The notes beneath the pieces were generated by a model that made no database searches, was not told the origin of the DNA, and saw nothing but the letters and a program-made list of their open reading frames with translations. A program made the translations under genes and the position numbers. A stretch of DNA of 56,398 nucleotides, filler included, from Porpidia crustulata (taxonomy: Eukaryota): assembly GCA_964255105.1 (NCBI GenBank). It is 3 parts of 3 records of this genome, joined end to end, with 100 filler letters (N's around TTAATTAATTAA, not from the genome) between each part and the next. Parts side by side here need not be neighbours in the genome. Positions count along the whole stretch, not along the records: positions 1 to 18,795 come from CAXUWE010000168.1; positions 18,896 to 37,607 come from CAXUWE010000169.1; 1 more part is not named here. One strand, 5' to 3'. This document shows, in pieces, positions 10,871-23,245 of this stretch. Each line of letters begins with the position of its first letter. Position 1 is the stretch's first letter.

Positions 10871-13094
10871 ATGTCCACTACCTTGAGCAAGCGCCATCAG
10901 GCGCGGAACGAGAGGGCTCTCCAGGAGCTTTTGAAAGTACCAGGCAACGACAGGTGCGCAGATTGTCAAGCCCGAAATCCAGGTACCCACTAGCTCCGGA
11001 TTTGCAAGCAAAGTAAAACTGATCACAATTACCCTTTAGGATGGGCCAGCTGGAGTGTAAGCTACCCCTGATCAGAGAGGAGTGCAAGATCTCGCAAGCT
11101 GGAGTCCCTTCGAAGATTTGCGACGGCTGATAGCAACTATGAATTTTAGCTGGGCATTTTTCTGTGCATGCGATGCGCTTCTCTTCATCGAAAGCTTGGT
11201 ACCCACATATCGAAAGTCAAGTCATTGAGCATGGACAGCTGGTCGAACGATCAAGTGGATGTGAGTAATCTAGTAGGAGGTGCTCTGCAGGAACTGACAA
11301 TAGCTCTAGAGCATGAAGCGCAACGGCAATCTTAACTCAAACCGTACCTACAATCCTCAAAATTCCAAGCCACATATGCCTCTTGATGTTGATGAGGTCG
11401 ACGCAGTACTGGAGCGATTTATAAGACAAAAGTACGATCAGCAAGTCTTTTCTGGTGGCACTACACGCCCTACGAAACGCCATGATACTGGTAGTACACG
11501 CAGCTCTGAGGACCAACCTCCACCTTTACCTCCAAAACCCACTAGGCGTTTCGGCTTCGGTCTGCGTGCGGCCTCTTCAACCTTTCCGTTATCGAGGTCT
11601 TCTCAGATCTCGCCACCGCCTTCTCCGAGGGAAAGTAACGATTACGGTCAGCCGCCTTCTCCCATTCGTGTAAACAAACAATCGAGAATATTTGGCGCGA
11701 GTGTGGGCGGTACAACAGGAGACAACATGGAGTCAAAGCTGGCTACTTTGAGGGATATGGGATTTCCGGACGAGAAGCGCAACTCCAACATACTAAAAGG
11801 TTTAGGCGGTGACCTAGAACGTGCAATTGAGTCTCTGGTCAGATTAGGTGAAGGAAGTACGCCCGCTTCGACTTCGAGGACACCACTACCAGCTAGAGAC
11901 GTTACTGTCAGCCAACCCTTGAATTTGAGCTTGAATGGTTCTCGAACCGCACCCCACGGCATAGCAACACAACCTGGAGCAAACCCATCTGCTCCCCAGA
12001 TTCAAGGAACTTTTCAAGAAATGGCAACTCAACAGAGCGCGGTACAACCACTTAATCATGGCTCTCAAGATGTTTACGATACCAATCCGCTCCAAGCGCA
12101 GCCCTATAATCCATTCGAGACTTCGAATCCGCATTCGGCAAACTTCCCTGTTGAGCAAGCTTTGGAAAGCATGCAACTATCTCAACCACTATTTCCTAAC
12201 GCTACAGGAGGCTATCCTAGCCAGCAACAACAAACTCAAGACCCACGGATGCAGCAGTCCATGACCCCTCCAGTGCCTCAGTCTCCACACCATCTCTATC
12301 AATCTCACCCTTATGTGCAACAACATCAGGCGATAACAAGCGGCTACAACCCATTTGTATACAATACTCAGCAAGTAGCCTTGAACTCGTTGGCATCTCA
12401 TCCCTCTGCTAGGCAGCAGCAAAACGCAGTGCCCTCATACAACCCATTCATGCATTCACCGGATGCGACACAATCACATACCACTGAGCACCCTTTTCAA
12501 ACGCCGCCCCAACAGCCGCCTCAGCAGCAGACCCAGCAGCAGCTACCTCAGCAACCTCAACTACTTCAGCAGCAGTCGTCATTTGGATATGATACCGTCT
12601 CCCAAGGTCAACAACTGGCCAATCCCTACATGCTACAACATCAAACACCTGCCAACTTGACGCCACTACAATTGCAACAGTTCCAAATATCTAATCAGCC
12701 TCAACGTCAAGCTCTCCAGCCGCAACAGACCGGTCGCTTTGATAAGTCAAGCATACTAGCTTTGTACAACTATCCGCAATTAGCTCCGCCACCTTTACCC
12801 ACAAACCCTTACGAACCCGCCCCGGTAGTATCACCGCCCGCTACAGGGCAATCTTCCGGAAGTCTGGTAATCCAACCGAAGCGAAGCGTCACGATGCCCA
12901 CAGTGCTTTCATCTGGAAGTAGAAATCCATTCCACACCATGGCACTTAGCTCGCAGGCAGGCGCAGGACCTCCGATGGCAAATGGGGGCATAAGCAGACA
13001 TGTTAGCCAAGAAAGTGTAGATATAGGGGGGATCCAGAATGGGCGGCATAGCCCTGATGCTTTTGCTAGTTTGAGTGCGAGAATTGTACGATGA
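10871..13094 (+). CDS. ArfGAP-domain protein with UBA domain and Q/P-rich NPF tail (Gts1/Ucp3-like), 4 exons
   Basis: GNDRCADCQARNP|GWASWS|LGIFLCMRCASLHRKLGTHISKVKSLSMDSW; UBA motif LRDMGF...LERAIESL; several NPF motifs. Confidence 0.88.
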
Positions 13095-13416
13095 TAGAAC
13101 TAACGGCCGAAATTGTTTGATTAGAGTACTATCAATAGCCATGTCTTTCAAATGTATAACATCCGAGCAACTCAGCTATATTGCTCCTACACTTGCAAAA
13201 GAGTCACCTAATCCAAGCGAAAGACTCTTTATGTCTGATAAGTAGTAGTAATCCATAGAGAATATCCACGTTGTATAGTGGGTTAGAATTCCCCCTTGTC
13301 ACGTCGCGGTTCTCCTTGCGCGTCAAGCTAGATAACCGGCGCCTACGAACTGATGGCTATTTAAATTTCTCGAAACTCCTGTGCATATCATATTGCTGGC
13401 TGCCTTCGTCTGTACG

Positions 13417-15185
13417 ATGGCAGAAGACGACAGTAACAGCTTACTGCAATCTCCTATGTAAGCTCTATTACCGAATTCCCAGGTGACTATGGCCTACTTA
13501 TAACGTGCAAGATATTTACAGTACCCCACCATCGAACGAGTTCCATCCTACTACAACCCTTTGCACAATTTCATTCTTGCCAAAGGCGATCTAAAACATT
13601 ATCAGCAGCAATATGTGGATATGTACTTCTTGCGGTTGGCGAAGCTCAAACCTGCGGTGGAAGAAATTGCCAGAGAGGCCTGGCAAGATTTCCAGGTATT
13701 TCCGCCCTCTTGCTTAGAGATATGCACGTGCCTAGTCTCTAATGATGTTAGATAGCTGGCGAGACTGTGCGACAAGTCGACCGTGTCTTAGACGTGCGGC
13801 AGGGTGACCTCTGTTGGGTCGCGGGAACAGTATATATGGATATGCCTTTGAAACCTAATATCCTTGACGATATATCCAAAGATGTACGTCGGTGCTAGGA
13901 TCTAGATCGAAGGAAGGACAGCAAATATTGATTAGCTTGGCAGCACTGGATATCTGCTCCTCCACCCCGTGAGAAGTATGTCTCTCCTCTGGGACAAGAC
14001 CAGACAATGCTCGAGGATGAATCAGGGCGTCTTCGGTTAATTGGAACGGCTCTGCAGACCTCAATGCTGGTCACAGGATGTGTCATTGCCGTTATGGGCA
14101 CGGAGAATGCCAATGGTGATTTCGAGATCATTGATCTGAAAGTGCCAGATTTACCTCGCCAACCGCAAAGATGGGAGCGAGACGATAATTCGGCTCCGCC
14201 ACTAAATATCAATGGAAAGCATAAGGGAAACGAGCACACAAACCGAATTGAGAGGGGCAAGATAGCAATTATCAGCGGACTAGGAATCAGTGGGGATGTT
14301 GCAGATACGTTATTAATGGATCTCCTCATGGAATACCTCTTGGGCGAAGCGTGCGGACCTTCACAACAGACTGATGCCGGGCAAATCTCTCGACTCTTCA
14401 TTGCAGGTAACTCGATCACCGAAGGGACACCCTTAGCTGCTCGAGACGAGCTTTTAGATAAAAAGTCGAGCAAGAAGTATGGATATGATGCATCAGCCTA
14501 TAATCCGGCTCCGACCGCCCACCTTGATGAATTCCTTGCCACGCTACTTCCTTCAATACCCATTACTCTCATCCCTGGGGAAAGCGATCCTGCAAACGTC
14601 TCCCTACCTCAGCAACCTATCCATCCAGCCATGTTCCCGCGCAGCAGAGCTTATGCTTCTACTCCGGGATCTGGAGAGCAGGGTTGGTTCGAGAGTGTCA
14701 CTAATCCGTGGGAGGGTGATGTGGACGGCTGGCGGCTAATTGGTACCGGTGGCCAGCCAATCGATGACATCTTCAAGTACGTAGAGGGTGACGAGCGATT
14801 GGAAATGATGGAGAATATCTTACGGTGGAGGTGCTTAGCTCCAACTGCGCCGGACACGTTATGTAAGTTCTTTAAGCCAGGATTCTATCGGAGAAGTCTG
14901 TAGACGACATTTTGTTGCAGACGTCAGAGATGCTGACGCAAAGACGGCTACATAGGGTGCTACCCTTTCCAGGATAAAGACCAATTTGTTCTTGAGGAGT
15001 GCCCGCACGTTTACTTCGTAGGTAATCAACCACGCTTCGAGACCGGTGTAATCGAAGGGCCTACAGGTCAGACAGTCCGCTTGATTTCTGTGCCCAGATT
15101 TAAAGCGACAGGAGAGCTACTACTGCTTGACATGAATACCCTGGAAGTAGAGATCGTCAAATTCAACTGTCTTGACGGCATTTGA
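13417..15185 (+). CDS. POL31: DNA polymerase delta small subunit (Pol31/POLD2), multi-exon
   Basis: YQQQYVDMYFLRL, MPLKPNILDDI, LEDESGRLRL, IPGESDPANVSLPQQPIH, LAPTAPDTL|CYPF, CPHVYFVGNQ. Confidence 0.93.
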
Positions 15186-15624
15186 GACGCTGGGCTTTAG
15201 CGTGGCAATTTGGGGATTTTCTGAGTTGTAAAAAGTCTGGGGATTTGGCCATGGCTTGTTGGCTTCGGACATGGTCATCATGGGACAGATGGAAAGAACG
15301 AGCTCTCGAGGCCATCACACTATGAACAGCTGACCCAGTGGACGAGAATCGGATCAGGTGCACACCCAGTCAACTCGTAAGAACGAGGACTACGATCAAA
15401 CGCAAACTTACTAGATAAATACTACGACGGCGAAGAAGCCATCATTGCATTTGAAGGTCATGCGTTCAGGAGGACAAAGTTACGCGTCAGACATGAAGGG
15501 AAATCAAGATCTAGCAAACCCACTTGTATCTGCATGGCGTGACAACATTTCTCGAGATCTACCATGTGTATGTGCGCCACAGGGCTTCCACTTCATGCTA
15601 TTCACAGAATTTGAGATTGTGGTC

Positions 15625-15684
15625 AATCTGATCTCGACCCCGGGCTTGCAGCGGGTGCAAGCACATAGGTCGAGATCAAAGATT
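15625..15684. repeat. Compound inverted repeat (11-bp plus 7-bp perfect stems)
   Basis: tgatctcgacc (15629-15639) pairs with ggtcgagatca (15668-15678); gcttgca (15644-15650) pairs with tgcaagc (15656-15662). Confidence 0.75.
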
Positions 15685-16003
15685 TTCCCGTTCATTCTCC
15701 ATCCTCATGATATGCTACTCAAGATGGTGTTGCTTTTTCTCCCAGCTATGTTAATGGCTCTCGCTTTGTTGTCTATCGAGTGTGGATATCATCGGGAAAT
15801 AAATCCAGCCGCAAAGGTTGAAGCTCACCCGCAGGTTCTTGCGACTTGCGCAAAATTCTCAGTGAAATGGATCCGACCGACGAACCGAAATTGAAATGAT
15901 GGATTAAATAAAGTAGAAAGCCCGGACTCAAGAAAACCGGTTTCAAAAAGCTCTCCCCGATTTTCTAACTACTGTTCTAAGATTTGAGGCCCATGGCATC
16001 AAG

Positions 16004-17920
16004 ATGGTTGTTTCACATAAGTATCTCGGCTTGGTTTTTCTCCTAATAAGCTCTTTAGCTCAATCATCGTACATTCCTCCAGTAACTCACTCAGTCAATT
16101 TAGTATCGTCAGATCACTCCTACAATCCTGCAACCAGCAATTCCTCCCCATACGAATGTTACACACAGCCGTCCAATGGCCAACCACAATGGCAGCCAAT
16201 AGAAATTGGAGATTGCAACTCTTTAGTCTCGTCCATACTTCTTCAAGCTGATTCAGAGAATCATGAGCCTAATCGTAACGTTGCCGCCATAACTATTCCC
16301 AGGACCTATGCGTTTGGCACATGCGCTGTAGCATGGAAAAACACAAGTGAGGGAAGCGATGGCTTGGATATGGTCACTATGTCACGTCAATTAGCCCTGC
16401 TCGTTGCAACGTGTTCTGATCAACAGCCAATTTTTTTGGGCGGGAGCTCGTTAATGTCTCAAAATGCGCACTCGTATGTGGAAGTATCTCGGAGGCAGAA
16501 TGGCTCTCAAAACACGGGATATCAATTTCAAAGCGCTGTTTCTACGGCCCCAGTCCACTGCTGGCAGTGGAAACCTTCTCGAATCCCCCAGCGAGTCCGG
16601 TTCCAAGAACCGGACTGCAACGCTAATATTGTGCAAATTCTTGCCGATACTGACGTTATGCAGTTGATACGTTCTACTCCCGCCACGATCCCTACCAGAC
16701 CCTTCTGGCAGAGAACCCATAACGGGTGCAGCATCAAACTCTACGCTCAGGGAATTTGTGTAGAATATTATCAACTGGTAAACGCTTTGCAAGGAACAGC
16801 CCGGATCTTAGCGAATTGCCGTTCTCAACCTCCAGATCCCCAGGGCGAGCTTGGGGGCCTCACGGAGTTGCACAGTGATAGCTGTATCAATGTTGTACTC
16901 GAGGGCACTGAGACTCCCTCTGATGAACCTGTCCCTACTGGATTGCTAAGAAGAGGTAGACCCGCTAAAGTGGTACGTTTGACCCCTACTACCAATCTCG
17001 ATTCCAGGATCCCCCATATTAGGTGCCAGGAAACAAATCCAACCAGAGTGCCGCCCAGCTCTCTCCCTTTTGTTGAAAGAGATTGCAAAGACCTTATAGG
17101 ACGAATATACAATTCCCCTGATGCATTGGTCCTTCGTGCGTGGAATACCAATGAGGAGGTGTCCGGGGCCTCGCGCACATGCAGGATCTATATGGGGAAG
17201 CGGCCCAGCGCAGGGTCCGGCGTAGAGTATTTTTCCACAGGTGATGTTGCTTATATCGCAGAGTTGATCATCAGTGAGTGTGGCCATTACGGCCCACTGA
17301 ACTATGGAGGTAGCCGCAGCATCACCGAAGAAAGCGCTTTTGACGTCATGGTGATGGGAATTGTGCCTCGCTTCGACGGGCTCGTTCCTCTGCAGTCTTC
17401 CACGGAGAATAGTTCCATAATTAGTCCTCTGTCTTCCCGAATATCCAGACGAAACTCCTCCGCCGACACTGCCCCTTCTTCAATCACGGCACAGAACAGC
17501 GATCTCGACAGGAAGTGTTTCGCCACCGACCCAGGCACACACGCGGACCTCCGCCCGTATCACGAACCGCACTGCACCACGCTCATGCAACGAATGCGCC
17601 ACCATGCCACCGCCGACGTCCCCCGGAGATTCACCCCCGGGGATCCGTTGCTCAACTGGACATTCCGTACTTGCCGCATCACCTTTGGGACCAAACCGGT
17701 GCGGGGGTCCGGCACCGAATTCTTCTCACTGGCCGATATCTCCTATACTGCCGGCGTCATCGTCCGTACGTGCAGGGACTGCTGGCCGCCGGACATCGGC
17801 GGCCAGAGTGACGCGAGGTCAGATAGCGCATTCAGGGTCGTGGTTTGGGGTAATCGCATCGGGGCTCAGTTGTCGGATTCATTGTGGGACCGTTTGTCCG
17901 GGTCATTGGCGAGCTCTTAG
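16004..17920 (+). CDS. Secreted protein with four tandem ~115-aa 4-Cys domains (effector-like polyprotein)
   Basis: Hydrophobic N-terminus (YLGLVFLLISSLA); four repeats of C-x18/19-C-x31-36-C-x29-32-C...GG; RR dibasic sites in the linkers; no introns needed. Confidence 0.8.
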   Translation: MVVSHKYLGLVFLLISSLAQSSYIPPVTHSVNLVSSDHSYNPATSNSSPYECYTQPSNGQPQWQPIEIGDCNSLVSSILLQADSENHEPNRNVAAITIPRTYAFGTCAVAWKNTSEGSDGLDMVTMSRQLALLVATCSDQQPIFLGGSSLMSQNAHSYVEVSRRQNGSQNTGYQFQSAVSTAPVHCWQWKPSRIPQRVRFQEPDCNANIVQILADTDVMQLIRSTPATIPTRPFWQRTHNGCSIKLYAQGICVEYYQLVNALQGTARILANCRSQPPDPQGELGGLTELHSDSCINVVLEGTETPSDEPVPTGLLRRGRPAKVVRLTPTTNLDSRIPHIRCQETNPTRVPPSSLPFVERDCKDLIGRIYNSPDALVLRAWNTNEEVSGASRTCRIYMGKRPSAGSGVEYFSTGDVAYIAELIISECGHYGPLNYGGSRSITEESAFDVMVMGIVPRFDGLVPLQSSTENSSIISPLSSRISRRNSSADTAPSSITAQNSDLDRKCFATDPGTHADLRPYHEPHCTTLMQRMRHHATADVPRRFTPGDPLLNWTFRTCRITFGTKPVRGSGTEFFSLADISYTAGVIVRTCRDCWPPDIGGQSDARSDSAFRVVVWGNRIGAQLSDSLWDRLSGSLASS

Positions 17921-18795
17921 ATGGGACAGAAAAACGATTCACGGAGTGCCTTCGTCTTCACTGCGAACCCTATTGCGGCAACCGGGCTACAATCCTGTTA
18001 CCGATGATCTTCCGCGAAAGCTGAACTCATTGACTGAGATCAAACGTCGAATTCACGGAGTACTCCAATCTATTCGGCAAAATCTTGCTCCAACACGGCC
18101 TGTACACGGTAGCCATACCCCCCAGCACGCAGATACACACGCATCCGTACACGAAAAATCACATTGCGCAATCGCAGCCGTACCGTCCACGAGCCGGTAC
18201 CTACGACCATGAATCTCCCAACCCCTGCCCACATCCTCACAGCGCCAAGTCCACCGCCCAATACCCGCCGATCTAAGCTCCCCTATGATAGTTTCTTCTT
18301 GGTAAACCAATACAGCACCAACCAACCCCACCCTCGGTCCTTTTATTCTCGTCAAGAGCCACCTGCAGCACCTTTTGATTTTTCCCGAGCCTTTCTGCAA
18401 ATCCTCGTCCATCGGGTGGGATCGGGCCTTGGGAAGCGAGAAGGAAAATATTAGGAAAGGAGTGGTTTTTTGTCTAGCGGCGGTGTTTTAGTATCTTGCA
18501 AGTTTTGACATAGCGGATGGTGTTCGTCAATATATGTATATGTTTTTTGAGAAGAGGAGAGGGTGCAATGGGGGATGTTTTGTGGAGGGACGGTGGACGG
18601 ACGGTTGAGGTAACGATGGAAGTACATAAAGGGATATCTTGATGAAATGATGAGTTGATGACGGCTGACTTTGCCAATATCACTCATACAAAGTGCCCTC
18701 TCATTCCCCCATTCCCCAAAGCCCACAAAGGCACTCAATTCCATAGTCCCATCTCCACACTTCCAAATTCACCCTCTCCTCCCAAACCCCACAAA

Positions 18796-18895
18796 NNNNN
18801 NNNNNNNNNNNNNNNNNNNNNNNNNNNNNNNNNNNNNNNTTAATTAATTAANNNNNNNNNNNNNNNNNNNNNNNNNNNNNNNNNNNNNNNNNNNN
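18796..18895. other. Artificial contig-joining spacer (44 N + TTAATTAATTAA + 44 N)
   Basis: Exactly 100 nt, identical to the second spacer; the core gives stops in all six frames. Confidence 0.97.
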
Positions 18896-19171
18896 ATCTA
18901 TAGGTCTACTTGTATGCTCACTTCAAGCCCTCTGTCCTGTCCTTCCCAAACCCCACCCAATCAGCAAATTCCCATGGGTTTATCGCCTTCTTCCAAGCCC
19001 ATCCATCCAGCCAGTGTTTAGCGACTCCGTTGTTCAGAAACCTAATCATGCAAAACTATACTCCTCTCTCCCTCCCATTGCCTACTCCGTGCTACAGTCG
19101 AAGAAACGAAAGAACCGATGGTGTATCCGCGTAAAATGCTGAATCAGATGCAATTGCTGAGGCTCCGAGAT

Positions 19172-21690
19172 CTACTTTGCGCTCTCACTTCCGCTTCCGC
19201 TCTTTCTCCGCTTCAGGATCCCCTTGGCATCCGAGATATTTAGATCCAGCGTCCACCCCCTCTTCATACCTTCTCTTTTCTCTTTATTCCCCTTCATTTT
19301 TGAACCGGTTGCATTTGCCTCTCCAGGGCTTTTGGAATGGAAAAGGCGCTTGTACTTCGATTCGGCGGAGCCGGTGAGTGGGACGATTGTTTTCGGTGTC
19401 ATAGATAGGGAGGTCGCGGAGAGTTTGATGGGAGGTGTATGACTCGAGGGATAGCCGTGAAAGGGGGTAGCGGGTTGAGAGGCAGAGGGAAAGAGATGAG
19501 GTGGCGAGGAGGGAGATTCCATGGAGGAGGTAAGGGAGAGAGAAGAGGCCGATGAAGCCGTGGATAGATTAGACGTTTCTGCGCCAGAGGAGGTCAGGTC
19601 ATGATGATGAGGTTTGGGGACGCCCAAGTTGTACATGGAATCATGGCGAAGAGGTTTCGGAGGTGGAGAAGAATTTGGCGAAACAGGATACTCATCAAAA
19701 AAGGTGTTGATGCTGAGGGGTTTCTTATGGCGCTCTGACTTTGGTCGACCGGCTTTGCTTCCATGTGGGTAGGGGCGATTCGGGTTGGGAGCCTCGGGGG
19801 CGCTTGTTTGAGACAAGGGTCTCTTTTTGGCTTGACTTTTGCTTCTCGATCCCCGTCGTATGTCTGAATTGGATCTTGAGTGAGTGCCTAATCGTAGCTC
19901 TACTTGGCTTGGACTAAAGACCACCCGTGCCCTGAGCTTTTGTACCGCATCATCTAAAGCCAATTCGATAGCACAATGGTTTTTGACCCGGCTGAGCTTG
20001 GGCCAAGTTGCTCGTTCGCCACACAGCATAGCTTGATGCATGAATTCCGGTGTTGGATTTGATAACATGCGGGGGAAATCCGCATAGGAAACATCCGGGA
20101 GTATGGTTATGTCACCCGAGTACTTCTGATTGATGATCGAAACGGCTTTTGTGAGAGTATTGGGAAAGATACCGATTTCTGCCATGGTATGCATTCGATG
20201 TAGTGCCTCCCCTTTGGCTAATTGCATTGCGCTGTGAAGCCACGTGGAACCTGAGGTAGCCACGGATGTAGACTCTTGCGCCTGATGAGCAATAGTATCC
20301 TCGTCTTTGATGAGGAAAGGTATGACATGAGGATTGACTTGGGAAACGATGAAGTGATTCACATTGAACATCTCCGCAAGCCGAGTCATAGGAAGATCGT
20401 TGTCGACGGACCCGTCAATCCATCGTTGCGGGGACGGATTCCAAGGAACGGCCTCGCCAGTCTTGGGATCCTTGGCCAAGATGGATGCAGCAGAGAAGAT
20501 GAAAGGCACGGAGCAAGATGCAGCGACCGCAGACCAAATGAGCACATTTGGGGCTGTGATATAGTTGAGCAATCGAGGTAGTTCATACAGGCTTGCGCTT
20601 GAGACACAGATATTCAGGATCTTTCTTGTCCGATTGTAGGCCTCCTGAAAAGTCATATCACCAAGCAAGTCTTTCATCACCCTCGTCAAATGGGAGATAT
20701 CGAATAGTGCACCATGTTTCAGGAACCGGGCAACCTTTCGAAGGAGGGTATCTTCATTACCTTCTTCTTCAAAGACTGCAAGGTCGCCTGTGCACAGGTT
20801 GGCCAGGACACCAGGGATTTCTTCACCAGTCCTTGTGCAAAGAACAGCGGATACAATGCTCCCGGCCGAAGCGCCAGATATGATTCGAGGTAATAGATGG
20901 GCTTCATATAAAACTTTGAGAACTCCTATGTGGTTCATCCCAAATGTCGCACCTCCGGATAGCAGCAACGCACTTCTTCCGAATGCCTGTCTTGTCGATA
21001 GAACTTGCTCCAGAATATGCTTCGACTCCAGCCCGTCACATTTGCACTTGGCCGAGACGTCGAGCAAGGCATCGAGTGTTTCCGTCGCTGACGTGATGTA
21101 TCGTTCAATCAGGTCCTTGGTACCGATGTGTGTATGCTTATACAACTTGATGCTGCCCATGTCCCCGAGGTTGCGAGTCAACGAAGTCCGGATGAGGAAC
21201 AGCATTCGTCCAACGTCACAGCTGATCCTGGCTTCATCCAACTGGTTTAGCCGGGCTTCTACTAGTGCGGCATCATAGTCGGGCGAATCGAAGATAGCTT
21301 TCCAACCATTGTTCCCTTCAAGATCATCGAGTTCTGCAGCTGCCGTCTGCCAGTCCTCGTAATTCATGGCCTTTGAACAAATTTCTATTAGTGCGGAAGT
21401 GGGTATGTCCAGTGGGTTGAACATACGTTTCGTAATTTCAAATACAGAATCTGTTTCCTGTCATCCTGCTTTTGCTTCTGGCGAAGTTGCTCCGTTGTAT
21501 TCCCATCGTACCAGTGTTCCAATGCCCCCCCAACACTTCCCACGGGATCTCGTACGAATTGTATGAGATTCGCGATGGAGCTTTTGGAGTGCAGTGCAGC
21601 CTGCTGCTTCTTACCGTTCTCGGCTAATTCAGTGTTGCCATGGTTGAGACTTAGACTCTGGAGAAGAGCGGTGCTCTGTATGAGCGACAT
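19172..21690 (-). CDS. Patatin-domain triacylglycerol lipase (Tgl4/Tgl5-like); intron 21426-21371
   Basis: LLLSGGATFG, ISGASAGS (GxSxG), WIDGSVDNDLP, NVNHFIVSQVNPH. Confidence 0.92.
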
Positions 21691-22541
21691 GGTGAGAGAC
21701 ACTCGGAACCCCCACGAAGTGTTGTTTGTTATTAGGAGGGGAAGCGTGCTTTCATTGTCGAGTCAACGAACATCAGCATTAAGACGGTTAGGAAATGGGA
21801 GAGATGACCACATGTAAGCAGGCATTTTTGGTAAATTTGAAATGAGTGGGGTAGTACAGAGGTGAAAGGGTTCCGTATGGGTCGATTGAGGTGGATTGTA
21901 GGGCGTGTGGGGGTGAAGGGCCGGGCGGGATGCTAATTAACCCCTACCTACGTGCATGTGTGCCTACCTTAATCCATTATGTATAAATGCAGAAGTACAA
22001 TTAGACAGCGGTGTTCCATGGGCGATCCTTCCCGTCCAGATCATCCCACCCTTACTACGTGACTACCTCTTAGATCCGCCGCTTCTAGCGGAACAATTCT
22101 TGGCAATGACGTCCGCTTTCTGTTGCCCTCAAGGATACGGATACGGAGTGATACTTTGGTACTTCCGTTAATTCTACGACATTGCCGAGTCACAGTCACA
22201 AGTCATCGGTCAAGGAACTGCAAATGTTTACTTGAAGACGTTGAACCAAATACAGTGACTGGAGGTGTTGATAGCTACAAAGGAATACGAGTCTCTGGGG
22301 CTTGAGTTGGCTGATTGGCTTGTTCTACCCTGGGTCGGGTCAAGGTAAGAAAGCCATTCCTGGAAAGTGGGGAAATTGGAGGCATGTCTAGACACATGGG
22401 GATTCAAAACAGGTCAGAAAGACCCGAGAGCTTTCAGATGATCTCAATCATCTGGCCTGGGAGGTTGGTGACACTAGCAATTCAGATTTGACACGTGTAA
22501 GTGATGTGGGTGGGGGTCATGCGCTGTCGGCCCCCTTAGGT

Positions 22542-22583
22542 CCATCCCATCCATCCCATCCATCCCATCCATCCCATCCCATC
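22542..22583. repeat. Short tandem repeat (CCATCCCAT)n, about 4.5 copies
   Basis: ccatcccatccatcccatccatcccatccatcccatcccatc read directly. Confidence 0.85.
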
Positions 22584-23245
22584 AATTAAATGGCAATTGT
22601 TAATGGCCATACACCAAGTCAGCCATAGAGGCCCTCTACTGCTGCGGCTCTTATTCATCCTCGAGTCCCGGGCTTGCCATGACGTAGTATGCGCTGGATT
22701 GTGCAGGACCGAAACACAACATTGGGCATGCGCACAACGCATACATTCTGCTTTATCCCTCATCTGCTGTGCCCAATATTCTGCGACAAACGGGGCATGT
22801 CTTGACATCGAACCTGGTCAATATCGTGAAACCCTCTTAACTGATGTTAGTGACTAAACCTACAGAGCTTCCGGCGGAGACATCGAATGTATTGAAAGCC
22901 GAGACAGGCTAGTAATTATACAAAACGTTCGACGTAGAAGTGAAAAATATTACCCTCTTATTACCAAGCGGGCAAGCTCAAAAGGGGCGATATTTTGATG
23001 CGGCCAAGTTGTCGAGGCATCGAGTCACCAATATGTTGGGATGTCCTAGCTGCTTTGTTGATTTGCTGGTCCACTACTTATCAAAGGCGCCGTTACTCAG
23101 ATCCAACATAACTGAATGAGGAGGTAACCTATCTGTTGCTCGGTTTATCGGCCTTGAGAATTGGAGTTTGACTATCTTTCGTAGTCTCGAACCAGGTCGT
23201 TAAGATAAACCGATGCCTATTGATTCGTCAAGTACATAGAAGGCC

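Noticed and set aside
15445..15894. 149-aa ORF upstream of the secreted gene
   Set aside because: Non-ATG start, no motif, and it overlaps the hairpin-rich region; probably non-coding.
17604..18454. ORFs of 96-202 aa overlapping or following the secreted gene
   Set aside because: Alternative frames of GC-rich sequence or low-information ORFs with no recognisable motifs.
18840..18851. TTAATTAATTAA palindrome as a biological site (also 37652-37663)
   Set aside because: It sits centred in N runs in both cases; it is an artificial six-frame stop linker.
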